17,286 bases of DNA from Bdellovibrionota bacterium. GTDB lineage: Bacteria > Bdellovibrionota > UBA1018 > UBA923. Below the pieces are notes generated by a model. The model searched no databases and had not been told where the DNA came from. It was given only the letters and a program-made list of their open reading frames with translations. Below, in pieces: positions 1 to 8,880 of this stretch (its first letter is position 1; the number at the start of each line of letters is the position of its first letter). The stretch spans positions 1 to 17,286 of the forward strand of contig JBFMCE010000082.1 of the NCBI GenBank assembly GCA_040754655.1, given 5' to 3'. The translations under genes were made by a program, and so were the position numbers.

Positions 1-46
1 CGAGTAAAAACTCACCCCCACTCTCGGCAATCCTGCAGAGCTCTTT

Positions 47-703
47 TCAAGGAAGTGCATCGAGCTCCTCAACCGTACGGCACCGAAATGCGGCTGATTC
101 TTTGCATTCTCGCGCCAAGCTGGTGGTAGGGGTTTTTCCGTAATCATGCCCCGGGTAAAGAATCGTATCGGCCGGAAGCTCTTTTAACCGTTGCAAGCTC
201 GCGAACATCTCCTTTGTGCTTCCCGTTTCCCCGTCTGTTCGCCCCACGTCTCCGACAAAAACCGTGTCACCCGTGAACAGGTGGTTTTGAGCGCCATCGC
301 GTACAAGATAACAACACTCACCCGCTGAGTGGCCTGGTGTGTGCAGAACTTCAACCGCATGCGAGCCTACTGGGATGCGCGTTCCTTCGTCGACGAATCG
401 AAAGCGTGTGCGAATCTCTTCGGCCTTGCTTTGCATGCGTCTGGCATCTAGTTTGTGCAGGTAAATCGGAGGGAAATCACGGCCAGAGCAGAATTTCTCT
501 ACGACCGCAGGTAGGCCCCGCACATGGTCCCAGTGGGTGTGGGTGAGTAAAACCCCTACGAGTTTTGACCCAAGTTCATTCATGCGATCAACCCAAGGCG
601 AGAGATCCGCTTGCGGATCAACCACAAGCGACTCCGTGCCTGATGTGATCAGGTAAACGAAGTTTTGGTAATCTCCGATCAAGAATTGATTTACCACCAC
701 CAT
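47..703 (-). CDS. MBL-fold metallo-hydrolase, glyoxalase II / persulfide dioxygenase-like
   Basis: 218 aa ORF with THTHWDH (HxHxDH), HTPGHS, LFTGDTVF..GRTD and YPGHDY metal-ligand motifs. Substrate cannot be assigned from sequence. Confidence 0.9.
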   Translation of the reverse strand: MVVVNQFLIGDYQNFVYLITSGTESLVVDPQADLSPWVDRMNELGSKLVGVLLTHTHWDHVRGLPAVVEKFCSGRDFPPIYLHKLDARRMQSKAEEIRTRFRFVDEGTRIPVGSHAVEVLHTPGHSAGECCYLVRDGAQNHLFTGDTVFVGDVGRTDGETGSTKEMFASLQRLKELPADTILYPGHDYGKTPTTSLARECKESAAFRCRTVEELDALP

Positions 704-709
704 AAATTT

Positions 710-1630
710 CTAAAACCGATAGGCCTGTTTTACAGCAAAATCCTTGCCATCATGAAACACTGACACGCCTTCACTCCTCGGGCAGTGTTCGAAAAACAAG
801 ATCATGTTGCGTTCTTCCGCCTCACGCAAAAGTTTCTTTTTCTCTTCGATCATTGTCAGCGGAAAACAATCATAGCCCATGATGTAGGCTGTCTTCGTGT
901 GGGTCGCCGTTGGAATCGCATCTGCGCAATAGATCAGTGCGTTTTTCTCATCAGCCACCTCAATAAGCTGCATGCCTCGAGTGTGTCCGTTGCTGACGCG
1001 CGCGAAGATGTTTGGCAAGATCTCTTCTCGTTTGCCGTACTCGGTGTGCAAGAGCTGAAGCTTCGAGTTTTGGTTGTAGACGTCGTAGTTTTCTTTAAGA
1101 TAGCTGGCCCTGTCTTTTTCATTAGGATGATAGGCAAGGTCCCAGTTCTGGTCTTGAATCCAAACCCGCGCGTTTGGAAACGTTGGCATGAGCTCGCCGT
1201 TGTCGAGCCTTCTCGTCGTACCGCCCATGTGGTCAAAATGCAGGTGTGTGCCGACCACGTCGGTCACTTGTTCAAGTTTGATCCCGTGGCGCGCGAGCTC
1301 GCGATCGATCGCCCATTTTGAATGGTCGATTTTATAGATGCCAACAAACTTCTCGGCCCATTTGGTGCCAATACCATTGTCGACCAAAATCACCCGTTTA
1401 AAGCCGCCCTTTGAATCGCGCTCAATCAAGAGCAAGCAGCGCAGGCGCATGTCGATACGATTGGCTTCATCGGCGGGATTCGTTTTATCCCAAATGGTTT
1501 TGGGCACGATCCCAAACATCGCGCCTCCGTCGAGCGCGAAACTGCCAGTTTCGATGGTGTGAATTTCATAAGGTCCGATCTTCTTGGGACCGTCGATCGC
1601 ATCCAATATTGTCGCTTGTCGTGTTGTCAT
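710..1630 (-). CDS. MBL-fold metallo-hydrolase, YtnP-like (lactonase-related)
   Basis: GSFALDGGAMFGIVPK.IW signature, THLHFDHMGG, GHTRG, YCADAIP, MGYD and FFEH motifs. Start placed at ATG 1630 because the alternative ATG at 1648 overlaps an extended -10-like box. Confidence 0.88.
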   Translation of the reverse strand: MTTRQATILDAIDGPKKIGPYEIHTIETGSFALDGGAMFGIVPKTIWDKTNPADEANRIDMRLRCLLLIERDSKGGFKRVILVDNGIGTKWAEKFVGIYKIDHSKWAIDRELARHGIKLEQVTDVVGTHLHFDHMGGTTRRLDNGELMPTFPNARVWIQDQNWDLAYHPNEKDRASYLKENYDVYNQNSKLQLLHTEYGKREEILPNIFARVSNGHTRGMQLIEVADEKNALIYCADAIPTATHTKTAYIMGYDCFPLTMIEEKKKLLREAEERNMILFFEHCPRSEGVSVFHDGKDFAVKQAYRF

Positions 1631-1638
1631 GGCTTTAA

Positions 1639-1647
1639 AGACTAGCA
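1639..1647 (-). promoter_or_regulatory. Putative extended -10 element (TGcTAGTCT) for the MBL gene pair
   Basis: Minus strand reads TGCTAGTCT-ttaaagcc-ATG(1630), matching TGnTAnnnT. No SD present. Confidence 0.45.
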
Positions 1648-1855
1648 TGCTGGAAAAACGATGGGTAGGGGCGATCAGGGGCCGAACGGCTCGGGCGATG
1701 TCGCTTCGCCCAAAATCAGAGTTTATTTTTTTTCATCTTTAGCAAAGCAACTCTTTCGCCTTGCCAGACATCTTTAGCTTCAGTAGGGGAGCCTTGGGAG
1801 TTCACTCAATGGCAAAGTTTTAAGCGGTGCCGCGATCGAGAGTAAAGCTCCAGTC

Positions 1856-2752
1856 ATGGGACCCCAGACTCAGTATGAACTCGAAGTCGAAGTGCTTGAG
1901 GTGCTTGCAGGTGAACTTAAGGCCAAGAAGATCGTGCTTGCTGATGAACAAAGCTGCCCATTTGGGCTAGAGAGCATGGCCATAGGTTCACAGTGGGTCT
2001 TTCTTCTTCCCTATACGAAGTACGGCGAATTTTTTGTTGTAAGCTCTTGCGGTACACAGGCCCTCGATTTTGATCCAACATCAAAACTGGTCTATGGCCC
2101 TATTGATGACAAGGGTTTGCAGTCGTTGCCATACAAGGCCTTGAAAGAGAAGATAGCTCGAATAAACTCTAAAAATCCTGTGGTCGAACATGAGAAGCTC
2201 GCAAGAAATACTTCAATTCAATGTTCGTTCGAGGGAAGTTCTTCGGATGGCGATCAGTTTCACTCAGAACCCTTCTCGTTGTCGACAGAAAGACAAGCAG
2301 AGCCTCTGAAACGAGAAATCAAGGGATGTCGTCTGGAGTCTGATTCCCAGTTTACTCCTCCTGTTACGCCAGTGCCCGGGGTACCTTCAATTCCTGTTCA
2401 TGATCTGGAAATTTCCCCGGCAGTGCCCTCGGATGAAGACCCTCGGTTTGAACCTCGACGTCAACGCTGTTCCGGTGAGAGCTCCTTATCCGCTGCCTTA
2501 GAATTGTACTATCAACCGAACTATTATGAATACGCTGAGCCTTCCATAAAAATGTCTCTTCAAATTAAAGATGCGATCAGCCAGACCTTATTGAACACGA
2601 GCTCTGAAGATCGAATCTTGCTGAGAGAAGGAAGCTTCAAAGAGCCTGTGCTTTGGGTTAACGCGAGTTTTCTTAGAGGTAAGGAAAAGGTTGAAGTGAC
2701 AGCGAATTTGCGTTGCGAGTATATTGTGGCGCCACAACCCAGCAATAAGTAG
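1856..2752 (+). CDS. Hypothetical Cys-containing protein with Pro-rich segment; 5' end uncertain
   Basis: 298 aa ORF filling the gap between neighbours, 6 Cys, Pro-rich stretch TPPVTPVPGVPSIP. Frame is open back to 1787 with no canonical start upstream of 1856. Confidence 0.7.
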   Translation: MGPQTQYELEVEVLEVLAGELKAKKIVLADEQSCPFGLESMAIGSQWVFLLPYTKYGEFFVVSSCGTQALDFDPTSKLVYGPIDDKGLQSLPYKALKEKIARINSKNPVVEHEKLARNTSIQCSFEGSSSDGDQFHSEPFSLSTERQAEPLKREIKGCRLESDSQFTPPVTPVPGVPSIPVHDLEISPAVPSDEDPRFEPRRQRCSGESSLSAALELYYQPNYYEYAEPSIKMSLQIKDAISQTLLNTSSEDRILLREGSFKEPVLWVNASFLRGKEKVEVTANLRCEYIVAPQPSNK

Positions 2753-2890
2753 TGGGTTGCATACAACCTAAGCAAGCAAGATCTTATTAGAAGTCATCTC
2801 ATAAGTATTTTCTGCTACGGCTTTGTCTGCCGGCGGCGGGTGTTTGGAAAGTGATCAATTTCTCCGGCGGAGCGATTAGAAACCGAGAGT

Positions 2891-3760
2891 TCACTCTTTT
2901 TTACTCGGAGCAACGTACAAGAACGCCTCTGATCCAGGGAGGTCGATTCCAAGAAAACGCCCTTTCTGCGTTTCACCATCGTACAGATCGGGAACAAATA
3001 ATCCTGCGTCGCCTTCAAGCGGAATCCCATCAAGACGAGGCATCCTTCCGGTTTCAGTCACTACCCAGACAAGGCCGCCCGGTTTCGCGCGTGGTAGAAT
3101 CTCACTCTGGTGCAGTTGGCTGGGCTGCGGCAGTCTTGATAGCAACAAGTCGGCATCGGGAACTGGTGTCTTTTGTTTAAAGGGGTGAATCTCACTGGGG
3201 TCATCGGGATCAAAATGGTGTTTAGTGACATCGCTGCTGACCCAAACACGTTTTGCGATCGCTTGTTCAAACTCTTCGAAGCTGAGGCCAGATTTTTCAA
3301 GGATCTGAGGATTGTTTTCGCCCATCAGCGCCCACAGCTGGCGCCTTCCCGAGGACGAACGTATTTGCCTTCTTAGCATCTGATTTTCGGCGATCTCGCT
3401 TACGATGATTCGAACATCTTTTCTCACCAAGAGCGGAACAGCCCATTCATAAAAATCGACCAATGGACCCACGACATGCAAGACGCCATTCTCGGGCAAG
3501 AATTCCCGGTTACGAAAAATCGCGATGATCGCAGCAACCGAATCGTCACCATGATTCGCGGTAATTTCCGAGTAGAGAGAGTGCAGACGCATGAGCCGGG
3601 GATAAGTTTCCGGGTTTGTGAATTGAAGTGTGGCCCTGAGGATGCACCCAAGGCTCGCTGGCTTTTTGGGAGCGATTGTGGAAATCGCCCAAGACGGCGA
3701 GCTCAACCCCATGGCCAATCCAACTGCGAGAATGAAGATAACCATTTGAATAGGGCGCAT
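2891..3760 (-). CDS. Hypothetical exported protein, possible SAM-methyltransferase-like fold
   Basis: 289 aa. Signal peptide MRPIQMVIFILAVGLAMGLSSPSWA. Motif-like segments VLHVVGP, IIVSE, DLLLSRLP and KPGGLVWVV. Confidence 0.75.
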   Translation of the reverse strand: MRPIQMVIFILAVGLAMGLSSPSWAISTIAPKKPASLGCILRATLQFTNPETYPRLMRLHSLYSEITANHGDDSVAAIIAIFRNREFLPENGVLHVVGPLVDFYEWAVPLLVRKDVRIIVSEIAENQMLRRQIRSSSGRRQLWALMGENNPQILEKSGLSFEEFEQAIAKRVWVSSDVTKHHFDPDDPSEIHPFKQKTPVPDADLLLSRLPQPSQLHQSEILPRAKPGGLVWVVTETGRMPRLDGIPLEGDAGLFVPDLYDGETQKGRFLGIDLPGSEAFLYVAPSKKE

Positions 3761-3763
3761 CCT

Positions 3764-3796
3764 CTTACTTTTCGGAATTCTTCATAAAAAAGTAAG
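3764..3796. repeat. 9-bp inverted repeat CTTACTTTT-N15-AAAAGTAAG
   Basis: Arms at 3764-3772 and 3788-3796, directly upstream of the 3760 start codon in the divergent intergenic region before icd. Confidence 0.65.
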
Positions 3797-3968
3797 TCCC
3801 GTTCGCTCTTGCTTGGCTCTGTGCGTTAAATAGTTGCGCAAATCACTTTGCCAGACCTACTTGTGTTTAGATTTCTCGCTAATGATTCGAATTGACGGTA
3901 GTATTCTCTCTTGTTACCCCTGAAACATTGCAAAAAGAACAACTAGTCAATGAGGAGATCTCGTCGTT

Positions 3969-5234
3969 ATGTCGCGTTACACGCAACTCACCCCTCCAAC
4001 TACGGGCCAAAAAATCACCATGCGTTCAGATATGACGCTTCAGGTGCCAGACCATCCAGTAATTCCCTATATTGAAGGTGACGGAACAGGTCCTGATATT
4101 TGGCGGGCCTCACAGCGCGTTTTTGATGCCGCTGTTGAAAAGGCTTATCGCGGAAAAAAGAAAATCGTTTGGTTCGAAGTGTATGCCGGTGAAAAGTCGA
4201 AGAACAAGTTCGACAACTGGCTTCCTGATGACACGATTACGGCTTTCCAAGAATATCTGGTGGGCATCAAAGGTCCCCTGACCACTCCGGTCGGTGGTGG
4301 AATTCGCTCTCTCAATGTCGCTCTAAGACAGATGCTCGACCTCTATGTTTGTTTGAGGCCCGTGCGTTATTTCAAGGGCGTTCCCAGCCCGGTGAAGCGC
4401 CCCGAAAAAGTTGACATGGTGATCTTCCGCGAGAACACCGAAGACATCTATGCTGGCATTGAATGGGCATCCGGTTCGGCTGAGGTGAAGAAACTCATCC
4501 AGTTTCTTGAAAAAGAAATGGGCGTGAAGAAGATCCGTTTTCCTGCGACCAGCGGAATCGGAATCAAGCCCATGTCAAAAGAAGGTTCTTACCGGCTGAT
4601 CCGCGCTGCGATTCAATATGCCATTGCCAATAAGCGCAAGAGCCTCACACTTGTGCACAAGGGCAATATCATGAAGTTCACTGAAGGGGCGTTTCGTGAC
4701 TGGGGATATGAGCTCACGCGCGAGGAATTCAAGGGCAGTGCAGTGCCTTGGGAAGATTGCGAGGGAAAACCCGGCGCGGGCCAAATCCTCGTCAAAGACG
4801 CCATCGCAGACATCACTCTTCAACAAGTGCTCACGCGGCCAGAAGATTTTGACGTGATCGCGACCCCAAATCTCAATGGCGATTATCTGTCAGACGCTCT
4901 TGCGGCTCAGGTGGGCGGCATTGGAATAGCACCCGGTGGAAACATCAATTACGTCACTGGCCATGCGATTTTCGAAGCAACCCACGGTACAGCTCCGAAA
5001 TACGCCAACCAAGACAAAGTCAACCCAGGCTCAGTCGTGCTCTCAGGTGAGATGATGTTCAGGCACTTGGGCTGGAATGAAGCCGCTGATCTGATCATTC
5101 AGGGGATGGATCGATCTATCTCTCAAAAAGTGGTGACCTATGACTTTGCAAGGTTGATGACTGCAGAGGGTCAAAGCGGCGTTAAAGAAGTGAAGTGCAG
5201 CGAATTTGCTGATGCCATCATCCGAAACATGTAA
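3969..5234 (+). CDS. icd: Isocitrate dehydrogenase (E. coli-type, probably NADP-dependent)
   Basis: [94 protein letters not shown] at 3952-3957. Confidence 0.97.
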   Translation: MSRYTQLTPPTTGQKITMRSDMTLQVPDHPVIPYIEGDGTGPDIWRASQRVFDAAVEKAYRGKKKIVWFEVYAGEKSKNKFDNWLPDDTITAFQEYLVGIKGPLTTPVGGGIRSLNVALRQMLDLYVCLRPVRYFKGVPSPVKRPEKVDMVIFRENTEDIYAGIEWASGSAEVKKLIQFLEKEMGVKKIRFPATSGIGIKPMSKEGSYRLIRAAIQYAIANKRKSLTLVHKGNIMKFTEGAFRDWGYELTREEFKGSAVPWEDCEGKPGAGQILVKDAIADITLQQVLTRPEDFDVIATPNLNGDYLSDALAAQVGGIGIAPGGNINYVTGHAIFEATHGTAPKYANQDKVNPGSVVLSGEMMFRHLGWNEAADLIIQGMDRSISQKVVTYDFARLMTAEGQSGVKEVKCSEFADAIIRNM

Positions 5235-5248
5235 GGAGTTTTCTTCAA

Positions 5249-6190
5249 ATGAATAAGCGTCCAAAGATTTCAGTGATCGGTGCAGGTTTTGTAGGTTCAA
5301 CATGTGCTCACTGGGCGGCTTCAAAAGAGCTCGGCGACGTCGTTTTAATCGACATCAATGATGGGGCAGCCAAAGGCAAGGCTCTTGATCTGTTTGAATC
5401 CAGCCCCGTGGAAGGGTTTGATTCGCGCATCCAAGGCGGAAGCGATTATACGCTCACTAAAAATAGCGATGTCGTGATTATTACCGCGGGCCTTCCAAGA
5501 AAACCTGGAATGAGCCGCGACGATCTCTTGGCAACCAACGCCAAGATCGTGAAGGAATGCGCCCAAAATGTAGCGAAGCATTCACCGAATTCTGTGCTCA
5601 TCATCGTGAGCAATCCGCTCGATGCCATGTGCCACGTTGCGCACGATGCATCAGGTTTTCCGCGCGAACGCGTGCTCGGAATGGCGGGCGTTCTTGATGG
5701 CGCGCGCTTTCGTTCGTTCATCGCGGAAGCGTTGGATGTGAGCGTTGAAGATGTTCAAGCGTTCGTTTACGGCGGCCATGGCGATACGATGGTGCCCATG
5801 CCGCGCTATGTGACCGTGGGGGGGATACCACTCACCCAGCTTCTTTCTAAAGATAAGATTGAAGCCTTGGTCCAACGCACTCGCCAAGGTGGCGCTGAGA
5901 TCGTGAATCTTTTGAAAACAGGTTCTGCTTATTACGCGCCTTCAGCCAGTGCAGTTCAAATGGCAGAAGCCATCGTTCGAGATAAGAAGCGAGTGCTTCC
6001 TTGCGCCGTGCTCTTGCAGGGTGAGTACGGGAAGAAAGGGCTGTTCTGCGGAGTGCTTGCAAAACTTGGGGCAAAAGGACTTGAACAAGTGATGCAACTC
6101 GAACTGAATGCCGAAGAGAACGCAATGTTCGATAAGTCGGCTGCCGCAGTTCAAGAGTTGGTCGATGCTTTAAAGAAACTGCAATACTAA
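5249..6190 (+). CDS. mdh: Malate dehydrogenase (LDH-like type)
   Basis: IGAGFVG dinucleotide-binding motif, [47 protein letters not shown] overlapping the icd stop. Confidence 0.97.
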   Translation: MNKRPKISVIGAGFVGSTCAHWAASKELGDVVLIDINDGAAKGKALDLFESSPVEGFDSRIQGGSDYTLTKNSDVVIITAGLPRKPGMSRDDLLATNAKIVKECAQNVAKHSPNSVLIIVSNPLDAMCHVAHDASGFPRERVLGMAGVLDGARFRSFIAEALDVSVEDVQAFVYGGHGDTMVPMPRYVTVGGIPLTQLLSKDKIEALVQRTRQGGAEIVNLLKTGSAYYAPSASAVQMAEAIVRDKKRVLPCAVLLQGEYGKKGLFCGVLAKLGAKGLEQVMQLELNAEENAMFDKSAAAVQELVDALKKLQY

Positions 6191-6204
6191 GGAGGGTAGA
6201 GTTC

Positions 6205-7374
6205 ATGAATGTTCATGAGTACCAGGCCAAAGAGCTTTTGCGGAGGTACAACGTTCCGCTTCTCAAGGGCCAAGTCGCTTTTTCGGTGGATGAGGCTCTA
6301 AAAAATGCAAAAGCCATGGGTGGCGAAGTTTGGGTGGTGAAAGCCCAGATTCATGCCGGTGGCCGAGGCAAGGGCGGCGGCGTGAAAGTCGCGAAAAGCA
6401 TGGATCAGGTGAAAGAGTACGCCTCTAAAATCCTGGGTATGCAGCTCATCACGCATCAGACCGGCCCTGAGGGTAAGAAAGTTCATAAAATTTTTGTTGA
6501 GCAGGGCTGTCAGATCGCGCGCGAGCTTTATTGCGCGCTTCTTGTCGATCGAGCGACGAGCAAAGTAGTGCTCATGGGCTCCGCCGAAGGAGGAATGGAC
6601 ATTGAAGAAGTCGCGGCAAAGACCCCTGAAAAAATCATCAAGGTCATCATTGATCCGGCGACGGGTTATCAACCGTATCATGGCAGAAAACTTGCGTTTG
6701 CTTTAGGCATTCCGAAAGACAGCGTGAACAAGGCTGCAGCTTTTTTTGCGTCACTTTACAAGGCTTTCGTCGATTTAGACTGCAGTCTTTGCGAGATCAA
6801 CCCGCTGGTTTTGACCTCATCCGGCGATTTGGTCGCGCTTGACGCCAAGATGAACTTTGATGACAACGCGCTTTTTCGTCATAAAGACATCGCTGAGATG
6901 CGTGATCCAACGGAAGAGAACGAGCAGGAAACCGAAGCAGCGAAGTATGACCTTGCATACATCAGCCTCGATGGTTCGATCGGATGCATGGTAAATGGCG
7001 CAGGGCTTGCGATGGCAACGCTCGACATCATCAAATTGCATGGCGCGGAGCCAGCCAATTTCCTTGATGTCGGTGGCGGCGCCAATAAAGAGAAGGTCAC
7101 AGCCGCATTCAAGATCATCCTCAAAGATCCCAAGGTGAAAGCAATCCTAGTGAATATCTTCGGCGGCATCATGAAATGCGACGTGATCGCCGAGGGCATC
7201 ATTGCTGCTGCAAAAGAAGTAAACCTTTCGGTGCCGCTGGTCGTAAGGCTTGAAGGCACGAACGTTGAAAAGGGCAAAAAACTTCTTTCAGAATCTGGAC
7301 TTCGTATTACGCCTGCATCTGATCTTACCGATGCTGCGCAAAAGGTAGTGGCTGCAACCAAAGGAGGGAAGTAG
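6205..7374 (+). CDS. sucC: Succinyl-CoA ligase beta subunit
   Basis: [76 protein letters not shown]. Confidence 0.98.
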   Translation: MNVHEYQAKELLRRYNVPLLKGQVAFSVDEALKNAKAMGGEVWVVKAQIHAGGRGKGGGVKVAKSMDQVKEYASKILGMQLITHQTGPEGKKVHKIFVEQGCQIARELYCALLVDRATSKVVLMGSAEGGMDIEEVAAKTPEKIIKVIIDPATGYQPYHGRKLAFALGIPKDSVNKAAAFFASLYKAFVDLDCSLCEINPLVLTSSGDLVALDAKMNFDDNALFRHKDIAEMRDPTEENEQETEAAKYDLAYISLDGSIGCMVNGAGLAMATLDIIKLHGAEPANFLDVGGGANKEKVTAAFKIILKDPKVKAILVNIFGGIMKCDVIAEGIIAAAKEVNLSVPLVVRLEGTNVEKGKKLLSESGLRITPASDLTDAAQKVVAATKGGK

Positions 7375-7376
7375 TC

Positions 7377-8249
7377 ATGGCGATTTGGGTCGGAAAAGAA
7401 ACAAAAGTTATTTGCCAAGGCATCACCGGTTCGCAAGGCACCTTTCATTCCTTAGGCTGTCGTGACTACGGCACTAAGATGGTCGGTGGAGTGACTCCAG
7501 GGCGGGGCGGAAGCTCTCATGAAGGCTTTCCGGTGTTTGACACTGTTGCTGAAGCAAAAGAAAAGACTGGCTGCAATGTTTCGATGATCTTTGTTCCACC
7601 TCCGTTCGCCGCGGATGCGATTTGTGAAGCGGTGGATGCCGAGCTTGACTTGGTCGTAGCCATCACTGAAGGCATTCCGGTTCTCGACATGCTCAAGGTT
7701 AAAAAATATCTTCAAGGCCGAAAAACAAGGCTGATCGGCCCCAATTGCCCGGGTATTATCACCCCGGGCGCTTGCAAGATTGGGATCATGCCCGGTCATA
7801 TTCACAAACCGGGTCCTGTGGGCGTTTTGTCGCGCAGCGGAACTTTGACGTATGAGGCGGTATTTCAGCTCACCCAGGCTGGCGTTGGCCAGAGTACCTG
7901 CGTGGGCATCGGTGGCGACCCGATCAATGGGACCAATTTCATTGACGTGCTCGAGGCGTTCAACCGAGATCCTGAGACTAAAGCCGTCATTATGATTGGC
8001 GAAATCGGAGGAAGTGCGGAAGAGGAAGCAGCCGAGTATATCAAACGTGAGATGAAAAAGCCCGTAACTGGATTTATCGCGGGACAGGCAGCACCCAAGG
8101 GCAAGCGCATGGGACATGCTGGTGCGATTATCAGCGGCGGCAAGGGCACTGCTCAGGAAAAGATTGCAGCACTTGAGTCTGCTGGTGTAAAAGTCTCACG
8201 CAGCCCAGCTGATATTGGAAAGACCCTGCTCTCTGTTTGGAAAGGCTGA
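7377..8249 (+). CDS. sucD: Succinyl-CoA ligase alpha subunit
   Basis: [35 protein letters not shown] and RMGHAGA (phospho-His) motifs. Confidence 0.98.
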   Translation: MAIWVGKETKVICQGITGSQGTFHSLGCRDYGTKMVGGVTPGRGGSSHEGFPVFDTVAEAKEKTGCNVSMIFVPPPFAADAICEAVDAELDLVVAITEGIPVLDMLKVKKYLQGRKTRLIGPNCPGIITPGACKIGIMPGHIHKPGPVGVLSRSGTLTYEAVFQLTQAGVGQSTCVGIGGDPINGTNFIDVLEAFNRDPETKAVIMIGEIGGSAEEEAAEYIKREMKKPVTGFIAGQAAPKGKRMGHAGAIISGGKGTAQEKIAALESAGVKVSRSPADIGKTLLSVWKG

Positions 8250-8269
8250 AAACCAGAAAGCCTGATGTC

Positions 8270-8297
8270 TTGCGGGTCCGGTGTTGTGGCTTAAGAT
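8270..8297 (+). promoter_or_regulatory. Putative internal sigma70-type promoter for ndk
   Basis: TTGCGG (8270-8275), 16-nt spacer, TAAGAT (8292-8297). SD-like AGGAG at 8309-8313. Confidence 0.45.
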
Positions 8298-8327
8298 TTA
8301 CAAAGAATAGGAGTTTTAAAAAAGAAA

Positions 8328-8756
8328 ATGGCAATAGAAAGAACCTTCTCAATCATTAAACCCAATGCAGTTCAAAAAAACGTCATCGGCGAGATCATCT
8401 CTCGCTTTGAGAAGAAAGGCCTTCGCATCGCTGCCGCAAAGTTCACCAAACTTTCAAAAGAGAAGGCGGAAGGTTTTTACATTGAACACAAAGACCGCCC
8501 TTTCTTTGGCTCGCTCGTGCAATTCATGACGAGCGGTCCGATCCTTTTAATGGTTCTTGAAGGCGAAAATGCGGTCGCGCTCAATCGCGAAATCATGGGT
8601 GCCACGGATCCTGCGAAGGCGGCCCCTGGCACGATTCGAAAAGACTTTGCCGACAATATCGAAGCCAATGCGGCTCACGGATCTGATTCACCGAAATCTG
8701 CCGAGCGTGAAATCGCTTATTTCTTTGATAAGGCTGAGCTTGTAGGTCGCTACTGA
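8328..8756 (+). CDS. ndk: Nucleoside diphosphate kinase
   Basis: [42 protein letters not shown] and NAAHGSDS (catalytic His). Confidence 0.98.
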   Translation: MAIERTFSIIKPNAVQKNVIGEIISRFEKKGLRIAAAKFTKLSKEKAEGFYIEHKDRPFFGSLVQFMTSGPILLMVLEGENAVALNREIMGATDPAKAAPGTIRKDFADNIEANAAHGSDSPKSAEREIAYFFDKAELVGRY

Positions 8757-8836
8757 TCGACGAGTGCGCTCGAACGCAGTGAAATCTGTCGGCTTTGGCG
8801 CCCAAATGCGCAGTGCTCAACAGACTTTTTTATTTT

Positions 8837-8865
8837 AGGGCCCGAAGAAATTCGGGCCCTTTTTT
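8837..8865 (+). terminator. Rho-independent terminator of the icd-ndk cluster
   Basis: Perfect 10-bp stem AGGGCCCGAA/TTCGGGCCCT with GAAA loop, followed by a T run. T tail on the plus strand only. Confidence 0.9.
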
Positions 8866-8880
8866 ATGCTCACCGGAAAT

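Noticed and set aside
785..1321. 178 aa plus-strand ORF, and similar short ORFs inside icd, mdh, nadE, pheS and pheT
   Set aside because: Antisense or off-frame shadows of well-supported genes.
1698..1786. ATG 1698 plus the T8 tract as a phase-variable signal peptide for the 1856 ORF
   Set aside because: Neither T7 nor T9 joins the long frame: T9 stops at TAG 1775 and T7 stops at TAA 1843.
2753..2890. Short hairpins between the convergent orphan genes (GGTTG-CATA-CAACC, CTCC-GGC-GGAG)
   Set aside because: Stems of 4-5 bp without T tails are insufficient for a terminator or ncRNA call.
1761..3856. Shared 9-mer TTGCCAGAC in two divergent intergenic regions (1761 and 3848)
   Set aside because: One shared 9-mer between two regions of about 200 nt is plausible by chance, and it resembles a generic -35 box.
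3892..3920. TTGACG-N17-TACCCC as the icd promoter
   Set aside because: Good -35, but the -10 lacks the conserved final T. Plausible, but not supportable enough to list.
6879..8117. Long antisense ORFs 6879-7448 (189 aa) and 7452-8117 (221 aa)
   Set aside because: They lie opposite the highly conserved sucC/sucD and have no recognisable motifs. Best explained as codon-bias shadows.
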